A stretch of DNA of 64,000 nucleotides. Origin: an uncultured Clostridia bacterium. Its GTDB lineage: Bacteria; Bacillota; Clostridia; Christensenellales; UBA1242. Shown piece after piece: positions 18,777-27,740 of this stretch. Position numbers and translations under genes: made by a program. The stretch is taken from contig CALWGY010000001.1 in NCBI GenBank assembly GCA_944380265.1, forward strand, positions 3,790 to 67,789. Direction: 5' to 3'. Under the pieces are notes generated by a model. That model had not been told where the DNA came from, searched no databases, and saw nothing but the letters and a program-made list of their open reading frames with translations. Every line of letters begins with the position of its first letter. Position 1 is the first letter of the stretch.

Positions 18777-19598
18777 ATGTACGAAACTGAGCATATTTTA
18801 TACATTGTTTTTTCTTTATTATTTGTTTCTGTTTTATTATTTGGCGCACATTTTATTAAAAGCCAAAAATATAAAAATTTATTTTTGCTAATTTGGGCGT
18901 TTTTGTGTTTTTTCATGCATATTTCAACAATGTACACAACATTTTTTATGCAAAACGGGGTTGGTAATGCTTACGACAATCAATTGTTCCCAATTTATTT
19001 CTGCAACTATATGATGTATTTGTTGCTAGCAACCAGTTTGTGGGCAAACAAGGAAACAAAATTTTTTAAAATAATGGCAACATTTGTGGCTTATGGCGGA
19101 ACCTTTGGTGCACTTATAACTTTGTTTGTAACACCACCAGGATTTAGTAGTTGGTTTAATTTGCAATCAGCATTTTCACACACCTGTTTGTTAATTGGCA
19201 GTTTGTGGTTGTTTGTTGGTGGTTATGTTAAAATTAATGTTTTCAATGTTGTTCCATATGCATACGGGCTTTTAAGTTGCGGAGTTGTTGGTGGAATTGT
19301 TGAACTAATTTTCTATTTGGGTGGATTACCTAGTCCAAATGCAATGTATTTGGTTCATGGACCTGTGGAACTACCAGAATTTAAGTGGTGGATGTTTGCA
19401 ATTGTTATGTTATTATTAATTTTCATATTCACCATAATTTGGGAACATTTCACACGCAAAAAAGAAGATAGATGGTTTAAAACCAGCAAAGATTTGTTTA
19501 TGTATTTGCCAACAAGAAAAGTAAAAAATATAACCACAACCCAAACAACCCAAGAAAGTTTGGATGAGAGCACAGAACAAAAAAATAGCGCGGAATAG
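18777..19598 (+). CDS. polytopic membrane protein (possibly YwaF/TIGR02206-like)
   Basis: 273 aa with about 7 hydrophobic segments. The family guess is weak. Confidence 0.45.
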   Translation: MYETEHILYIVFSLLFVSVLLFGAHFIKSQKYKNLFLLIWAFLCFFMHISTMYTTFFMQNGVGNAYDNQLFPIYFCNYMMYLLLATSLWANKETKFFKIMATFVAYGGTFGALITLFVTPPGFSSWFNLQSAFSHTCLLIGSLWLFVGGYVKINVFNVVPYAYGLLSCGVVGGIVELIFYLGGLPSPNAMYLVHGPVELPEFKWWMFAIVMLLLIFIFTIIWEHFTRKKEDRWFKTSKDLFMYLPTRKVKNITTTQTTQESLDESTEQKNSAE

Positions 19599-19632
19599 TT
19601 TTATTGTTATTTAAACTTCAAAATTGTTAAAA

Positions 19633-19666
19633 ACTGCATGATACTAAATGTATTATGCAGTTTTAT
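19633..19666 (+). terminator. rho-independent terminator
   Basis: ACTGCATGATAC pairs with GTATTATGCAGT (one G-U pair), followed by TTTT. Confidence 0.6.
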
Positions 19667-19796
19667 CTTTTAAGCGAAAGTTTGCTTTTAAATCTTTTGT
19701 TTAAAGGTTTTAATATTGAAAAGTTTTTATATATTTCTTTTTATTACAAATTTGATGTGATACAAAAAATTGTGATATAATATTATGGGAGTGATT

Positions 19797-20327
19797 ATGA
19801 GTAAATTAACATTAGTTGTGCCACAAATTAAGGATTTGTGGTTTAAAAAAGAAATAAAAGAAGACCCACACACAATGGACTATAATGCAGGGTATGATTT
19901 AAGTTTTAATGGATATAATCGTGAAGATGGAACCATTCAAACAGACATAACAGAACTAAGGGAAGTTTGGTCTAAAAAATGGATTGGAAATGAGCCATCA
20001 AATTTTTATTATTACATAAAAGATGGTAACACTTTTATTGGCGAAATTTACGCAAAGTTTGATAGCAACAAAAATTCATATGAAATTGGCATTGTTATTA
20101 AAGGCGAGCATAGGGGGAAGGGTTATGCAACACCTGCAATTAAATTGCTTTGTGAAAAAATGAAGGAGTATGGAGTTAAAAATTTATATCACAAACTTCC
20201 TGTTTCCAGAAAAGGAGCAGTTAAAGCCGATTTAAACAATGGCTTTGTTGTTGTGAAAGAAAACATTGATGGTATGAAAAAGTTTGGCAAAGTTGAAAAA
20301 TTAGTGTATTTAGAAAAAACATTATAA
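19797..20327 (+). CDS. GNAT family N-acetyltransferase
   Basis: I prefer the ATG at 19797, which follows RBS GGGAG. IGIVIKGEHRGKGYATPAIKLLCE is an acetyl-CoA-binding motif. Confidence 0.7.
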   Translation: MSKLTLVVPQIKDLWFKKEIKEDPHTMDYNAGYDLSFNGYNREDGTIQTDITELREVWSKKWIGNEPSNFYYYIKDGNTFIGEIYAKFDSNKNSYEIGIVIKGEHRGKGYATPAIKLLCEKMKEYGVKNLYHKLPVSRKGAVKADLNNGFVVVKENIDGMKKFGKVEKLVYLEKTL

Positions 20328-20348
20328 GCAAAACATGAAATTAAAAAT

Positions 20349-20372
20349 ACCCAAAACATTTTGGGTGTTTTT
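20349..20372 (+). terminator. rho-independent terminator
   Basis: ACCCAAAA pairs with TTTTGGGT, followed by GTTTTT. Confidence 0.6.
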
Positions 20373-20504
20373 GTTTTTAGGAACACAAATTTGTTTTGTT
20401 AACACAACTTTTTATGTTTTACATTAAAACATGTTTCTATTAACCTAAAAACAATCAAGAAATAAAAACTTAAAAAGTAATTGTTATTATATATTTTTAA
20501 GTTG

Positions 20505-20540
20505 GTACCCATAAAAGTACCCACAAAAGTACCCATAAAA
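20505..20540. repeat. tandem 12-mer x3 (GTACCCAYAAAA)
   Basis: GTACCCATAAAA GTACCCACAAAA GTACCCATAAAA read directly from the sequence. Confidence 0.9.
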
Positions 20541-20610
20541 ACTAATAAAAAATAAATATTTTTTAACAAATTTGAAAAATGTTCAAAAAACAAAAAAATA
20601 CCTAAATTTA

Positions 20611-20666
20611 GGGATTTGACGTGGTGGACCACCAGAAACTCGAACCCTGGACCCACTGATTAAGAG
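20611..20666 (-). repeat. left att-like direct repeat: orphan tRNA-Lys 3' half plus 11 nt of downstream sequence
   Basis: 53 of 56 nt are identical to 23687-23742. It covers the tRNA from the anticodon loop to CCA but has no 5' half. Confidence 0.85.
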
Positions 20667-20915
20667 GTACATTTGGGACTTCTTTCTTAATGCCTTTTTA
20701 TACCAACTAATACCCTTAAATCCCTTATTTTCTCTACCAAAATCGTGTTATTCAAGTTTATCTCTTAACCTATAAATTTGTCTAAAATCATTTCAGTTTT
20801 TGCAGTTTTCTTTTAGACAGTTATAAAAACAATTTATTAATAGTGTTTTATACTCTTATTTGTTTGATTTTTTTGATATATTATTATAAAATAAAATTAA
20901 CATTTGGAGGATGAT

Positions 20916-21353
20916 ATGCAAAATTCACATACCACCCCACTTCTTAGAAATGACTTAAAAGAATTTTTAATTAGGTTAGGTAAGATTTTTTCTAACATTT
21001 CAATATTAGCTCTATTATTGTGTTTTAGCGGAATTCTATCTTTTGCTGCAACTGCTTTTATTTTGCTTATAGGTTTTGTTGTCATTATTTTATCTATTGG
21101 GACCATATTTATCATTGTTCCTAATTATTTTGATATATTAATGTCAACATCTCAAGTATCTGCAAAGATTTCTGCTTTCTTTTTAGAAAATTTTTATATA
21201 TTTGCTTCAATTGCCATTGTAGGAGCAGTTCTTTCTTTGATTCTGTTACTTTTAGATAAGAGAAATAAACATATCGCTCGAATAGTGATTTCTTCGGTTG
21301 TAATTGCAATTGTGATTATTGCTATAATAGTTGTTGCAACGGAGGTGATATAA
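20916..21353 (+). CDS. islet membrane protein 1 (about 4 TM)
   Basis: The ATG at 20916 lies 5 nt after GGAGG. It has hydrophobic segments, and its stop overlaps the next start (TAATG). Confidence 0.6.
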   Translation: MQNSHTTPLLRNDLKEFLIRLGKIFSNISILALLLCFSGILSFAATAFILLIGFVVIILSIGTIFIIVPNYFDILMSTSQVSAKISAFFLENFYIFASIAIVGAVLSLILLLLDKRNKHIARIVISSVVIAIVIIAIIVVATEVI

Positions 21354-21862
21354 TGAATTCGGTGAAATTAAAATTGGTTGGAATCAATTCAAAACTTATT
21401 CCTAATATTTTTATTGATGACCAATATGTAAAATGTAAGAAAAACGAATTTGGCTCTTACGAAACAGATTTTCAAACAGAAAAAGATGAAATTAAAATAG
21501 CTTTTTCAAGAGAGTTAGAGTTGAAATCTAAACTCTGGTGGTTATATGCAATATTATCATTTATAGTAAGTGTTTTCGGAATTTTTAACCCACCTTATGA
21601 TAGAAAATGTATTTCAATGGATTGTTCTTTTATAGTTAAATTAAAAGATGTAAATAATATTAATATAAAATTTAATTCCTTATCTTCAAGTGGCAGAGCT
21701 GTTGAAGTAGAAACGGAAACAAGTTTTGAAGAAATAAAAAATGAATATACAGTTGATAAAATAGCTAAAAGAAGATGGATAATACTGCTCATAGCCAGAA
21801 TTTTGGCTTGGATAGGAATTGCTATTTTATTAGGTTGGCTAATTGCAAATCAAATTGGTTAG
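21353..21862 (+). CDS. islet membrane protein 2 (2 TM)
   Basis: RBS GGAGGTG upstream. TM segments LWWLYAILSFIVSVFGIF and WIILLIARILAWIGIAILLGWLI. Confidence 0.6.
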   Translation: MNSVKLKLVGINSKLIPNIFIDDQYVKCKKNEFGSYETDFQTEKDEIKIAFSRELELKSKLWWLYAILSFIVSVFGIFNPPYDRKCISMDCSFIVKLKDVNNINIKFNSLSSSGRAVEVETETSFEEIKNEYTVDKIAKRRWIILLIARILAWIGIAILLGWLIANQIG

Positions 21863-21872
21863 GGAGGGATTT

Positions 21873-22358
21873 ATGAAAGTATATATAAAGAACAAATTTT
21901 GGTCTATTGGTGGAGGTTCATCGGTTGTAAACGAAAACAAAGAAGATGTTTTTAAGGTAAAAGGTCGTGCATTTAGCATAACTCGTGTAAAATATGTTTG
22001 CGACTTAGAAGGGAACAGACTTTTTAAGATTAGAAATAAATGGTTTAATTGGTTTATTCATAAAGCATATATTTATGACGCAAATAAAAATAAGATTGCC
22101 ACAGTGAAAGACAAATGGTTTAATGTAAATCAAGAATATTTTGTTATGGGTTATAAAGACGAAATTAAAATTCAAGGAAAATTTTTTGGTTTAACAACTC
22201 AAATTCTAAAAAATGGTGAAGTTATCGGAACAATAAGAAGACAAATTGCTTTTATCAATGACGCCTTTGAACTTGAAGCGAATGAACAAGACATGCCTTT
22301 CTTAATTGCTCTTGTTATAGCAATAGATAATATAACAGATAAAAAACATAAATCATAA
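21873..22358 (+). CDS. LURP-one-related / DUF567 (tubby-scramblase-like fold) protein
   Basis: The ATG at 21873 follows RBS GGGAGGG. MKVYIKNKFWSIGGGSSVVNENKEDVFKVKGRAFSI...ILKNGEVIGTIRRQ matches the DUF567 pattern as I remember it. Confidence 0.6.
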   Translation: MKVYIKNKFWSIGGGSSVVNENKEDVFKVKGRAFSITRVKYVCDLEGNRLFKIRNKWFNWFIHKAYIYDANKNKIATVKDKWFNVNQEYFVMGYKDEIKIQGKFFGLTTQILKNGEVIGTIRRQIAFINDAFELEANEQDMPFLIALVIAIDNITDKKHKS

Positions 22359-22367
22359 GGAGTTATT

Positions 22368-23390
22368 ATGAAAAAGAAAATTTTAAGTTTTTGTCTAGCA
22401 TTTGCTCTTATGATTCCTGCAATATTTTTGCTCTCTGCTTGTGGTGGTGACAATGACACACCTAAAAAAGATAGGACAAACACTGCTAAAATAGTTAGTG
22501 TTTATCAAGATTATCAAGCAAGCCTTTATGTCGAAATGACAGGATTTAAACACGACGAATATGAACTTACTGGATCTTCTCGTAATAACTTAACTCTTGA
22601 ATTTTCAATAAATAATGGAGAATGGTTTGAATGTTATCCTGTACAAGATTTTTATGATGAAAGTGGCAAGGGTGTTTATCAAATACTAAATGCCACATAT
22701 AACTATAGAGATAGTGAAGTTAGTTCTTTCACAACAATGATGACAGCTCAAAAAGTAGAGCCGGGAGAAATTTCTATATCTGCTCGTATTCCAGAATCAA
22801 ACACATACAACGCAAGTGCAGGCACATCTCCTACCCCCTACACATTAAAATCAAAAATTCAAACAATTGATGATAAGATAGGTGCGGGAGTTTATGCATT
22901 TGGTTCTGTAATAGCGTCAAGTGCCCCTGAAGAAGAAAAATTTGTTTTTTATCAAGATTCTTTAGATCCATATGACTTAAAAGTAGGAAGAGTTTATTCA
23001 CAAAAAAATGAAAGCGGTGAAAGTCTTGGTTATGACATTTTTGTAAGAGAATTAACAGAAGATGAAAAAACTGAATTTTCTGCATTAAATCTTGAATATA
23101 AAGTTTTGAATTATACTTCAAAATATATAACAACTGTCGAAGGCAGTGAAGATGAATATATAGACACTATGGAAATAACTAATGATGAAAATGATGCTAT
23201 TTATTCCACAAAAGGCTGGACAGATAGTTTATTAAGTTTAAGTGAAAGAAATCTTTGGACTTATACAAATGATGGAGTTAAATACGAAAATGTGATTTTC
23301 CTCGTAAGGCTAAAAGCTACTGATGATACTGTTCAATCAGAAGCTTTGTGTTTTGAAGTTTCTATTGATACTGAAGAAATAACACAATAA
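22368..23390 (+). CDS. islet lipoprotein, unknown function
   Basis: Signal peptide with lipobox LLSAC (MKKKILSFCLAFALMIPAIFLLSACGG). RBS AAGGAG upstream. Confidence 0.7.
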   Translation: MKKKILSFCLAFALMIPAIFLLSACGGDNDTPKKDRTNTAKIVSVYQDYQASLYVEMTGFKHDEYELTGSSRNNLTLEFSINNGEWFECYPVQDFYDESGKGVYQILNATYNYRDSEVSSFTTMMTAQKVEPGEISISARIPESNTYNASAGTSPTPYTLKSKIQTIDDKIGAGVYAFGSVIASSAPEEEKFVFYQDSLDPYDLKVGRVYSQKNESGESLGYDIFVRELTEDEKTEFSALNLEYKVLNYTSKYITTVEGSEDEYIDTMEITNDENDAIYSTKGWTDSLLSLSERNLWTYTNDGVKYENVIFLVRLKATDDTVQSEALCFEVSIDTEEITQ

Positions 23391-23452
23391 AACATAAAGT
23401 CAAAAAACTCTTTGAAATTTTGGGGTTCACCCCATTTTAAGATGTAAAAAAT

Positions 23453-23486
23453 GACTGGGAATTAGTGATAATTCTCAGTCTTTTTT
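23453..23486 (+). terminator. rho-independent terminator of the islet operon
   Basis: GACTGGGAATTA pairs with TAATTCTCAGTC (12 bp, one G-U pair), followed by TTTTTT. Confidence 0.75.
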
Positions 23487-23664
23487 ATGCAATTTTTTCA
23501 AAAATTTTTAGACAATTTTTTAGACAGTGGCAATTTTTAAGTAAAATTCGATGTTTTTATGCAATGTGAAATATTAAAATTTTACATACAAAAATGACAT
23601 TTTTTTAACACTTTTTACAAAAATTTTAGACAATTTTGGGCTAAAATTTATATGCTTAGATATT

Positions 23665-23691
23665 AAAAAAATCCCTTATATTATAAGGGAT
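23665..23691 (-). terminator. terminator downstream of tRNA-Lys
   Basis: Palindrome ATCCCTTATA / TATAAGGGAT, followed on the minus strand by a T-run. Confidence 0.6.
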
Positions 23692-23742
23692 TTAACGTGG
23701 TGGACCACCAGGGACTCGAACCCTGGACCCACTGATTAAGAG
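23687..23742 (-). repeat. right att-like direct repeat (inside the intact tRNA-Lys)
   Basis: Partner of 20611-20666. Confidence 0.85.
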
Positions 23743-23773
23743 TCAGTTGCTCTACCAACTGAGCTAGTGGTCC
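23698..23773 (-). tRNA. tRNA-Lys (anticodon CUU), CCA encoded
   Basis: The reverse complement is GGACCACTAGCTCAGTTGGTAGAGCAACTGACTCTTAATCAGTGGGTCCAGGGTTCGAGTCCCTGGTGGTCCACCA. It folds as a 76-nt cloverleaf with a 7-bp acceptor stem, anticodon loop CTCTTAA and T-loop TTCGAGT. Confidence 0.9.
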
Positions 23774-23940
23774 AAAACTAAATTAAAGCATTTAAATGTT
23801 ATAACAAATTAACAAATTTGTCAACGGCCTTTAATAAATATTTACTAAAATAAATTTAAAAATTAAATTTTGGTTTTTTGCTTTTACTAAGCTTGGTTTA
23901 TATGGTAAAATTAGTTAAGTATTTTAGGAGTTGTTTTGTT

Positions 23941-24399
23941 ATGAGAAAATTTGCAGTTGTTAAAAATGAACATTTAAAATATGGTGTTAAAGCGGAAGAT
24001 ATTAAACTTCCTGTTAGGGCAACAAAAACATCTGTTGCATACGATATTTATTCACCAACACAAGAAGTTATTCCTGCTGGCGAAACCAAACTAATTTTTT
24101 CAAATTTAAAAGCGTATTTTAATGATGATGAAGTGTTGTATTTGGCAACCACAAGTGGCATGGGCAAAAAAGGAATAATGCTTGCACAAGGCATTGGAGT
24201 AATTGAAAGTGACTATGCCGACAACGAAAGTAATGATGGTAATTTAGGTTTTATGCTTTATAACCATGGAAAAACCGATTTTGTTGTTAATGTTGGCGAT
24301 AAAATTGGTCAAGCGTGGTTTGCAAAATTTTTGGTTGTTGATAACGAAATTCCTCCAACCGCAACAAGAAAAGGCGGTTTTGGAAGCACCAAAAAATAG
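23941..24399 (+). CDS. dut: dUTP diphosphatase (trimeric dUTPase)
   Basis: The ATG at 23941 follows RBS AGGAG. Contains GVIESDY (motif 3-like) and the C-terminal RKGGFGST (motif 5). Confidence 0.75.
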   Translation: MRKFAVVKNEHLKYGVKAEDIKLPVRATKTSVAYDIYSPTQEVIPAGETKLIFSNLKAYFNDDEVLYLATTSGMGKKGIMLAQGIGVIESDYADNESNDGNLGFMLYNHGKTDFVVNVGDKIGQAWFAKFLVVDNEIPPTATRKGGFGSTKK

Positions 24400-24408
24400 G
24401 AGATAATT

Positions 24409-25164
24409 ATGAGTAACTATTTGTTTGAAAGCGATGAAGAATTTAAGTTTTTCATGGGCGACACACTTGCATATAATAACATGCAAAACATGGTGTCAAA
24501 ACTTGTGTCGTTCATTAAACCACAATATATGGTGGAGTTTGGTTCTGGCAGTGGAGCAACCAGCATAAGGCTTGCCAAGGAAAATCCGCAAACAAGCATT
24601 GTTGCTGTTGATTTGCGTGAAAAAATGGTGGGCATTGGTGCTGATAAATCTAGCAAAAACAGAATTAAAAATGTAACATTTGTGAATGGTGATTTAACAA
24701 AACTTGGAAATTTTAATTTAAAAAATGCAAGTTTAATTTTGATGATGTATTCTTTTAGATACATTGCTGACCCAGTTCAAAACAAATATGATTTTCTAAA
24801 AGATTTGTATGATCACATGAGCAAGGGTAGTTATGTTATAATTGGCGAAACATTTATTGATGAAAATGCTAGCAAACAAACAATTAGAAAACAACTTGAA
24901 GATAGATATTACAACAACAGCAAAGACATTTATTGGGCAAATTTAAAAGGGCTTTCTAAGGAAGATGTTATGAATGCTTTAACCATTCAATCAAAACACA
25001 GAGAAACCACAAAAGAACAAATTGAACTTGGTGTTAATCGTGATGGTATTTATTATATTTCTAGGGAATGGATGTTTGAAAATGCGCCAAAAATTGGTTT
25101 TGAAATTGTTTTGGGTGAAAGGCTAAACAGTTTGTCCGACACAATTTTTGTGTTAAAAAAATAG
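24409..25164 (+). CDS. class I SAM-dependent methyltransferase
   Basis: VEFGSGSGATSIRLA is a SAM-binding motif I. RBS GGAGA upstream. Confidence 0.65.
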   Translation: MSNYLFESDEEFKFFMGDTLAYNNMQNMVSKLVSFIKPQYMVEFGSGSGATSIRLAKENPQTSIVAVDLREKMVGIGADKSSKNRIKNVTFVNGDLTKLGNFNLKNASLILMMYSFRYIADPVQNKYDFLKDLYDHMSKGSYVIIGETFIDENASKQTIRKQLEDRYYNNSKDIYWANLKGLSKEDVMNALTIQSKHRETTKEQIELGVNRDGIYYISREWMFENAPKIGFEIVLGERLNSLSDTIFVLKK

Positions 25165-25367
25165 TTAATATTTATTAATTTTTAACGCATTATATCAAAT
25201 GCTATGCAAACATTAATTAAGTGCTATATTTAGCACTTTTTTGTTTTGTTGCATAACACTAAAATTTAATGAATAATTATGCAATAATTAAAATAATTAT
25301 AAATAAAAATAAAATTGTAAAAATTAGTTTATTCACAAAATTTAACTCAATAAAAATATAATTTAAT

Positions 25368-26450
25368 ATGGAAAATTTTAATAATTACATATTAAATTTA
25401 AATTATTTAAAACATAACTATAATCAAATTAAAAACTATGTTGGAAGCAATGTTAAAGTTTGTGCAATGGTTAAAGCAGATGGATATGGGCATGGTGCAA
25501 AAGATGTTTGTAAAGCAATTAAGCATGCCGATTTTTTTGGTGTTGCAAGTGTGCATGAAGCAAAAAATATAAGGAAATTTAACAAAACAACGCCAATTTT
25601 GGTTGTTGGAATTGTTAACTTGGAATATGTTTTGTGGTGTAGCAATAACAATGTTTCCATTGGTGTTTCGGCATTAACAGAACTTGAAAATATTGTTAAA
25701 GTTTTAAATGGAAAACCAGTTAACATTCACATTAAAGTAAACACTGGTTTAAACCGAATTGGTGTTAATAATGTTAAAGAATTTTTGAAAATGCTAAAGG
25801 TTTTTAAAACGAATAAAAACTTGAAGCTAGAAGGAGTGTTTACTCATTTTGCAACAAAACTTAACGATGTTGAATTCATTGTTAAACAGCACGAAACATT
25901 TCAAAAATTTATTAAGCATGTTAATCCGCAAAAGGTTATAATTCATTGTTGTAACAGTTTTGCAACTTTAATGTTTCCAAAGTATCATTATGGAATGGTT
26001 AGGTGTGGTTTTAATTTGTATGGCTGGGAACTTGATTACAAATTAACACTTAAACCAGCATTAAACATAACCAGTAAAATAATTTTTAAACACAAAATTA
26101 AAAAAGGTGAAACTGTTGGTTACGACCGAACATTTTTGGCGCAAAAAAATTGTGTTGTTGGTGTTTTGCCAATTGGTTATGCTGATGGGTTTGATAGAAG
26201 GTTGAGCAACAATTTTAAAGTTTTGGTTAACGGAAAGTGGGCAAATGTTATTGGAAACATCTGCATGGATATTTGCATGATTGACTTAACAGGAATTAAT
26301 GCAGAAGTGGGCGATGAAGTTGTTCTGCTTGGCAGAAGTGGTGGCTATGAAATAACGCCATACACATATGCAAAAGCACTTGGAACAAGCCCATATGAAA
26401 TACTGCTTAAATTCCAGTATTCAAGAATGAACAAAATTAACATTGAGTAA
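25368..26450 (+). CDS. alr: alanine racemase
   Basis: VCAMVKADGYGHG contains the PLP-binding lysine motif. The C-terminal YEILLKF region fits. Confidence 0.9.
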   Translation: MENFNNYILNLNYLKHNYNQIKNYVGSNVKVCAMVKADGYGHGAKDVCKAIKHADFFGVASVHEAKNIRKFNKTTPILVVGIVNLEYVLWCSNNNVSIGVSALTELENIVKVLNGKPVNIHIKVNTGLNRIGVNNVKEFLKMLKVFKTNKNLKLEGVFTHFATKLNDVEFIVKQHETFQKFIKHVNPQKVIIHCCNSFATLMFPKYHYGMVRCGFNLYGWELDYKLTLKPALNITSKIIFKHKIKKGETVGYDRTFLAQKNCVVGVLPIGYADGFDRRLSNNFKVLVNGKWANVIGNICMDICMIDLTGINAEVGDEVVLLGRSGGYEITPYTYAKALGTSPYEILLKFQYSRMNKINIE

Positions 26451-26644
26451 ATTAGAATGTTATAAAAAATTTGTAAATATAAATTAGCAGTAAAAAAAAT
26501 AAAATGTGTTTTATAAAAAGATTTATAAAATTTAAAGGTTAAAAACTTTAAAATAGGGTAAAAATTTATGCAAAATTTTTGCCTTATTTTTTTGTAACCT
26601 TTCATTTACTTTATAAAAAATTTTTAATATGATAAACTAATTAT

Positions 26645-27238
26645 ATGAGAATTATTGCAGGAAAATATAAAGGAAAAATATTAAATAGTTTTGAAGCGGA
26701 AAACATAAGGCCAACATCAGATATGGTTAAAGAAGCAATTTGTAGCAAAATTCAGTTTGAAATTCCAGATTCTGTTGTGTTAGATTTGTTTGGTGGAACG
26801 GGCAATTTTGGGTTTGAAATGTTAAGCCGTGGAGCAAAACATGTTGTTATTTGTGATAACAACGATAAAAGCATTGCTATCATCAAAAAAAATAATTCAA
26901 TGTTAAAGGAAAATGCCGAAATTTTGCAAGGGGATTATAATAAGTGCTTAAAAATGCTTGCGAATAAAAATTATAGGTTCGACATAATTTTTCTTGACCC
27001 ACCTTACAAAACTTCATATGGCGAACAAGCATTAACATTAATTAAAAAGTTTAATTTGCTAAACCATAACGGAACATTAATTTTCGAGCATGAAAAAGAT
27101 AAAACTTTTGATTTTTCTGGCTTTGATTTGTTTGATAAAAAAACTTATGGCATAAAACAAGTAAGTTTTTTCACAATAAACGATGACGAACAATGCACAA
27201 ACAAAAACAATCAACCAGCAAGCGATGGTGGACAATGA
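26645..27238 (+). CDS. rsmD: 16S rRNA (guanine966-N2)-methyltransferase RsmD
   Basis: MRIIAGKYKGKIL, RPTSDMVKEAI, DLFGGTGNFGFE and the DPPY motif. Confidence 0.85.
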   Translation: MRIIAGKYKGKILNSFEAENIRPTSDMVKEAICSKIQFEIPDSVVLDLFGGTGNFGFEMLSRGAKHVVICDNNDKSIAIIKKNNSMLKENAEILQGDYNKCLKMLANKNYRFDIIFLDPPYKTSYGEQALTLIKKFNLLNHNGTLIFEHEKDKTFDFSGFDLFDKKTYGIKQVSFFTINDDEQCTNKNNQPASDGGQ

Positions 27239-27576
27239 TTAAGGTTATTAATTTGAAGGATTTCATTTATCCTGATGTTGCAGTTGCTGAACTAGAACGA
27301 GAAATTGAAATTTGCAAACTAACAAATGTTTTTGCCATAATTGCAATTCATGGTTATGGTTCACATGGTGTGGGTGGCGAAATTAAAGCGGAAGTTTTAA
27401 AAAGTTTAAAAACATTAAAACGCCATAAAAAAATTGTTAACTATTTTAAAGGCGAGCAGTGGACAGAAAACAATGCTTGTTACTTAGAATTAACAAGGCT
27501 TGAACCAGAACTTATTTTGAACGATCAAACAAACAATTTAAACAGTGGAGTAACAATAATTTGGATTCAAAAATAA
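27235..27576 (+). CDS. small protein, possibly Smr-domain-like
   Basis: The ATG at 27235 overlaps the rsmD stop (ATGA). AIIAIHGYGSHGVGGEIKAEVLKSL resembles the Smr HGxG region. This is a weak call. Confidence 0.4.
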   Translation: MIKVINLKDFIYPDVAVAELEREIEICKLTNVFAIIAIHGYGSHGVGGEIKAEVLKSLKTLKRHKKIVNYFKGEQWTENNACYLELTRLEPELILNDQTNNLNSGVTIIWIQK

Positions 27577-27740
27577 AAAAAGGGTAAACCCCTTTTTTGT
27601 GTTTTGCTTGTTTGCAAACTTTAATTTTGCTTTTTTTAATCAATTATTTTTTATTATTTTGTTTTATTTTAATAAATTTATTTGTAATGGTTTTAATCAT
27701 TTGTATTTTTGAAAATTTATAATTGAATTAAAAAATCCAA

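Larger units (their letters stand above)
20611..23742. mobile_element. integrase-less tRNA-Lys-associated islet (3,020 bp between 56-bp direct repeats)
   Basis: Direct repeats derived from the tRNA 3' half flank a four-gene operon. No recombinase ORF is present in any frame. Confidence 0.6.

Noticed and set aside
20399-20656. 85-aa minus-strand ORF.
   Set aside because: It runs through the orphan tRNA fragment and the 12-mer tandem repeat (giving the repeated FMGT/FVGT translation), so it is an artefact.
23391-23697. A search for a degraded integrase or excisionase gene between the islet lipoprotein gene and tRNA-Lys.
   Set aside because: All frames are broken by frequent stops. The sequence is AT-rich with short direct repeats only, so I could not support any pseudogene call.
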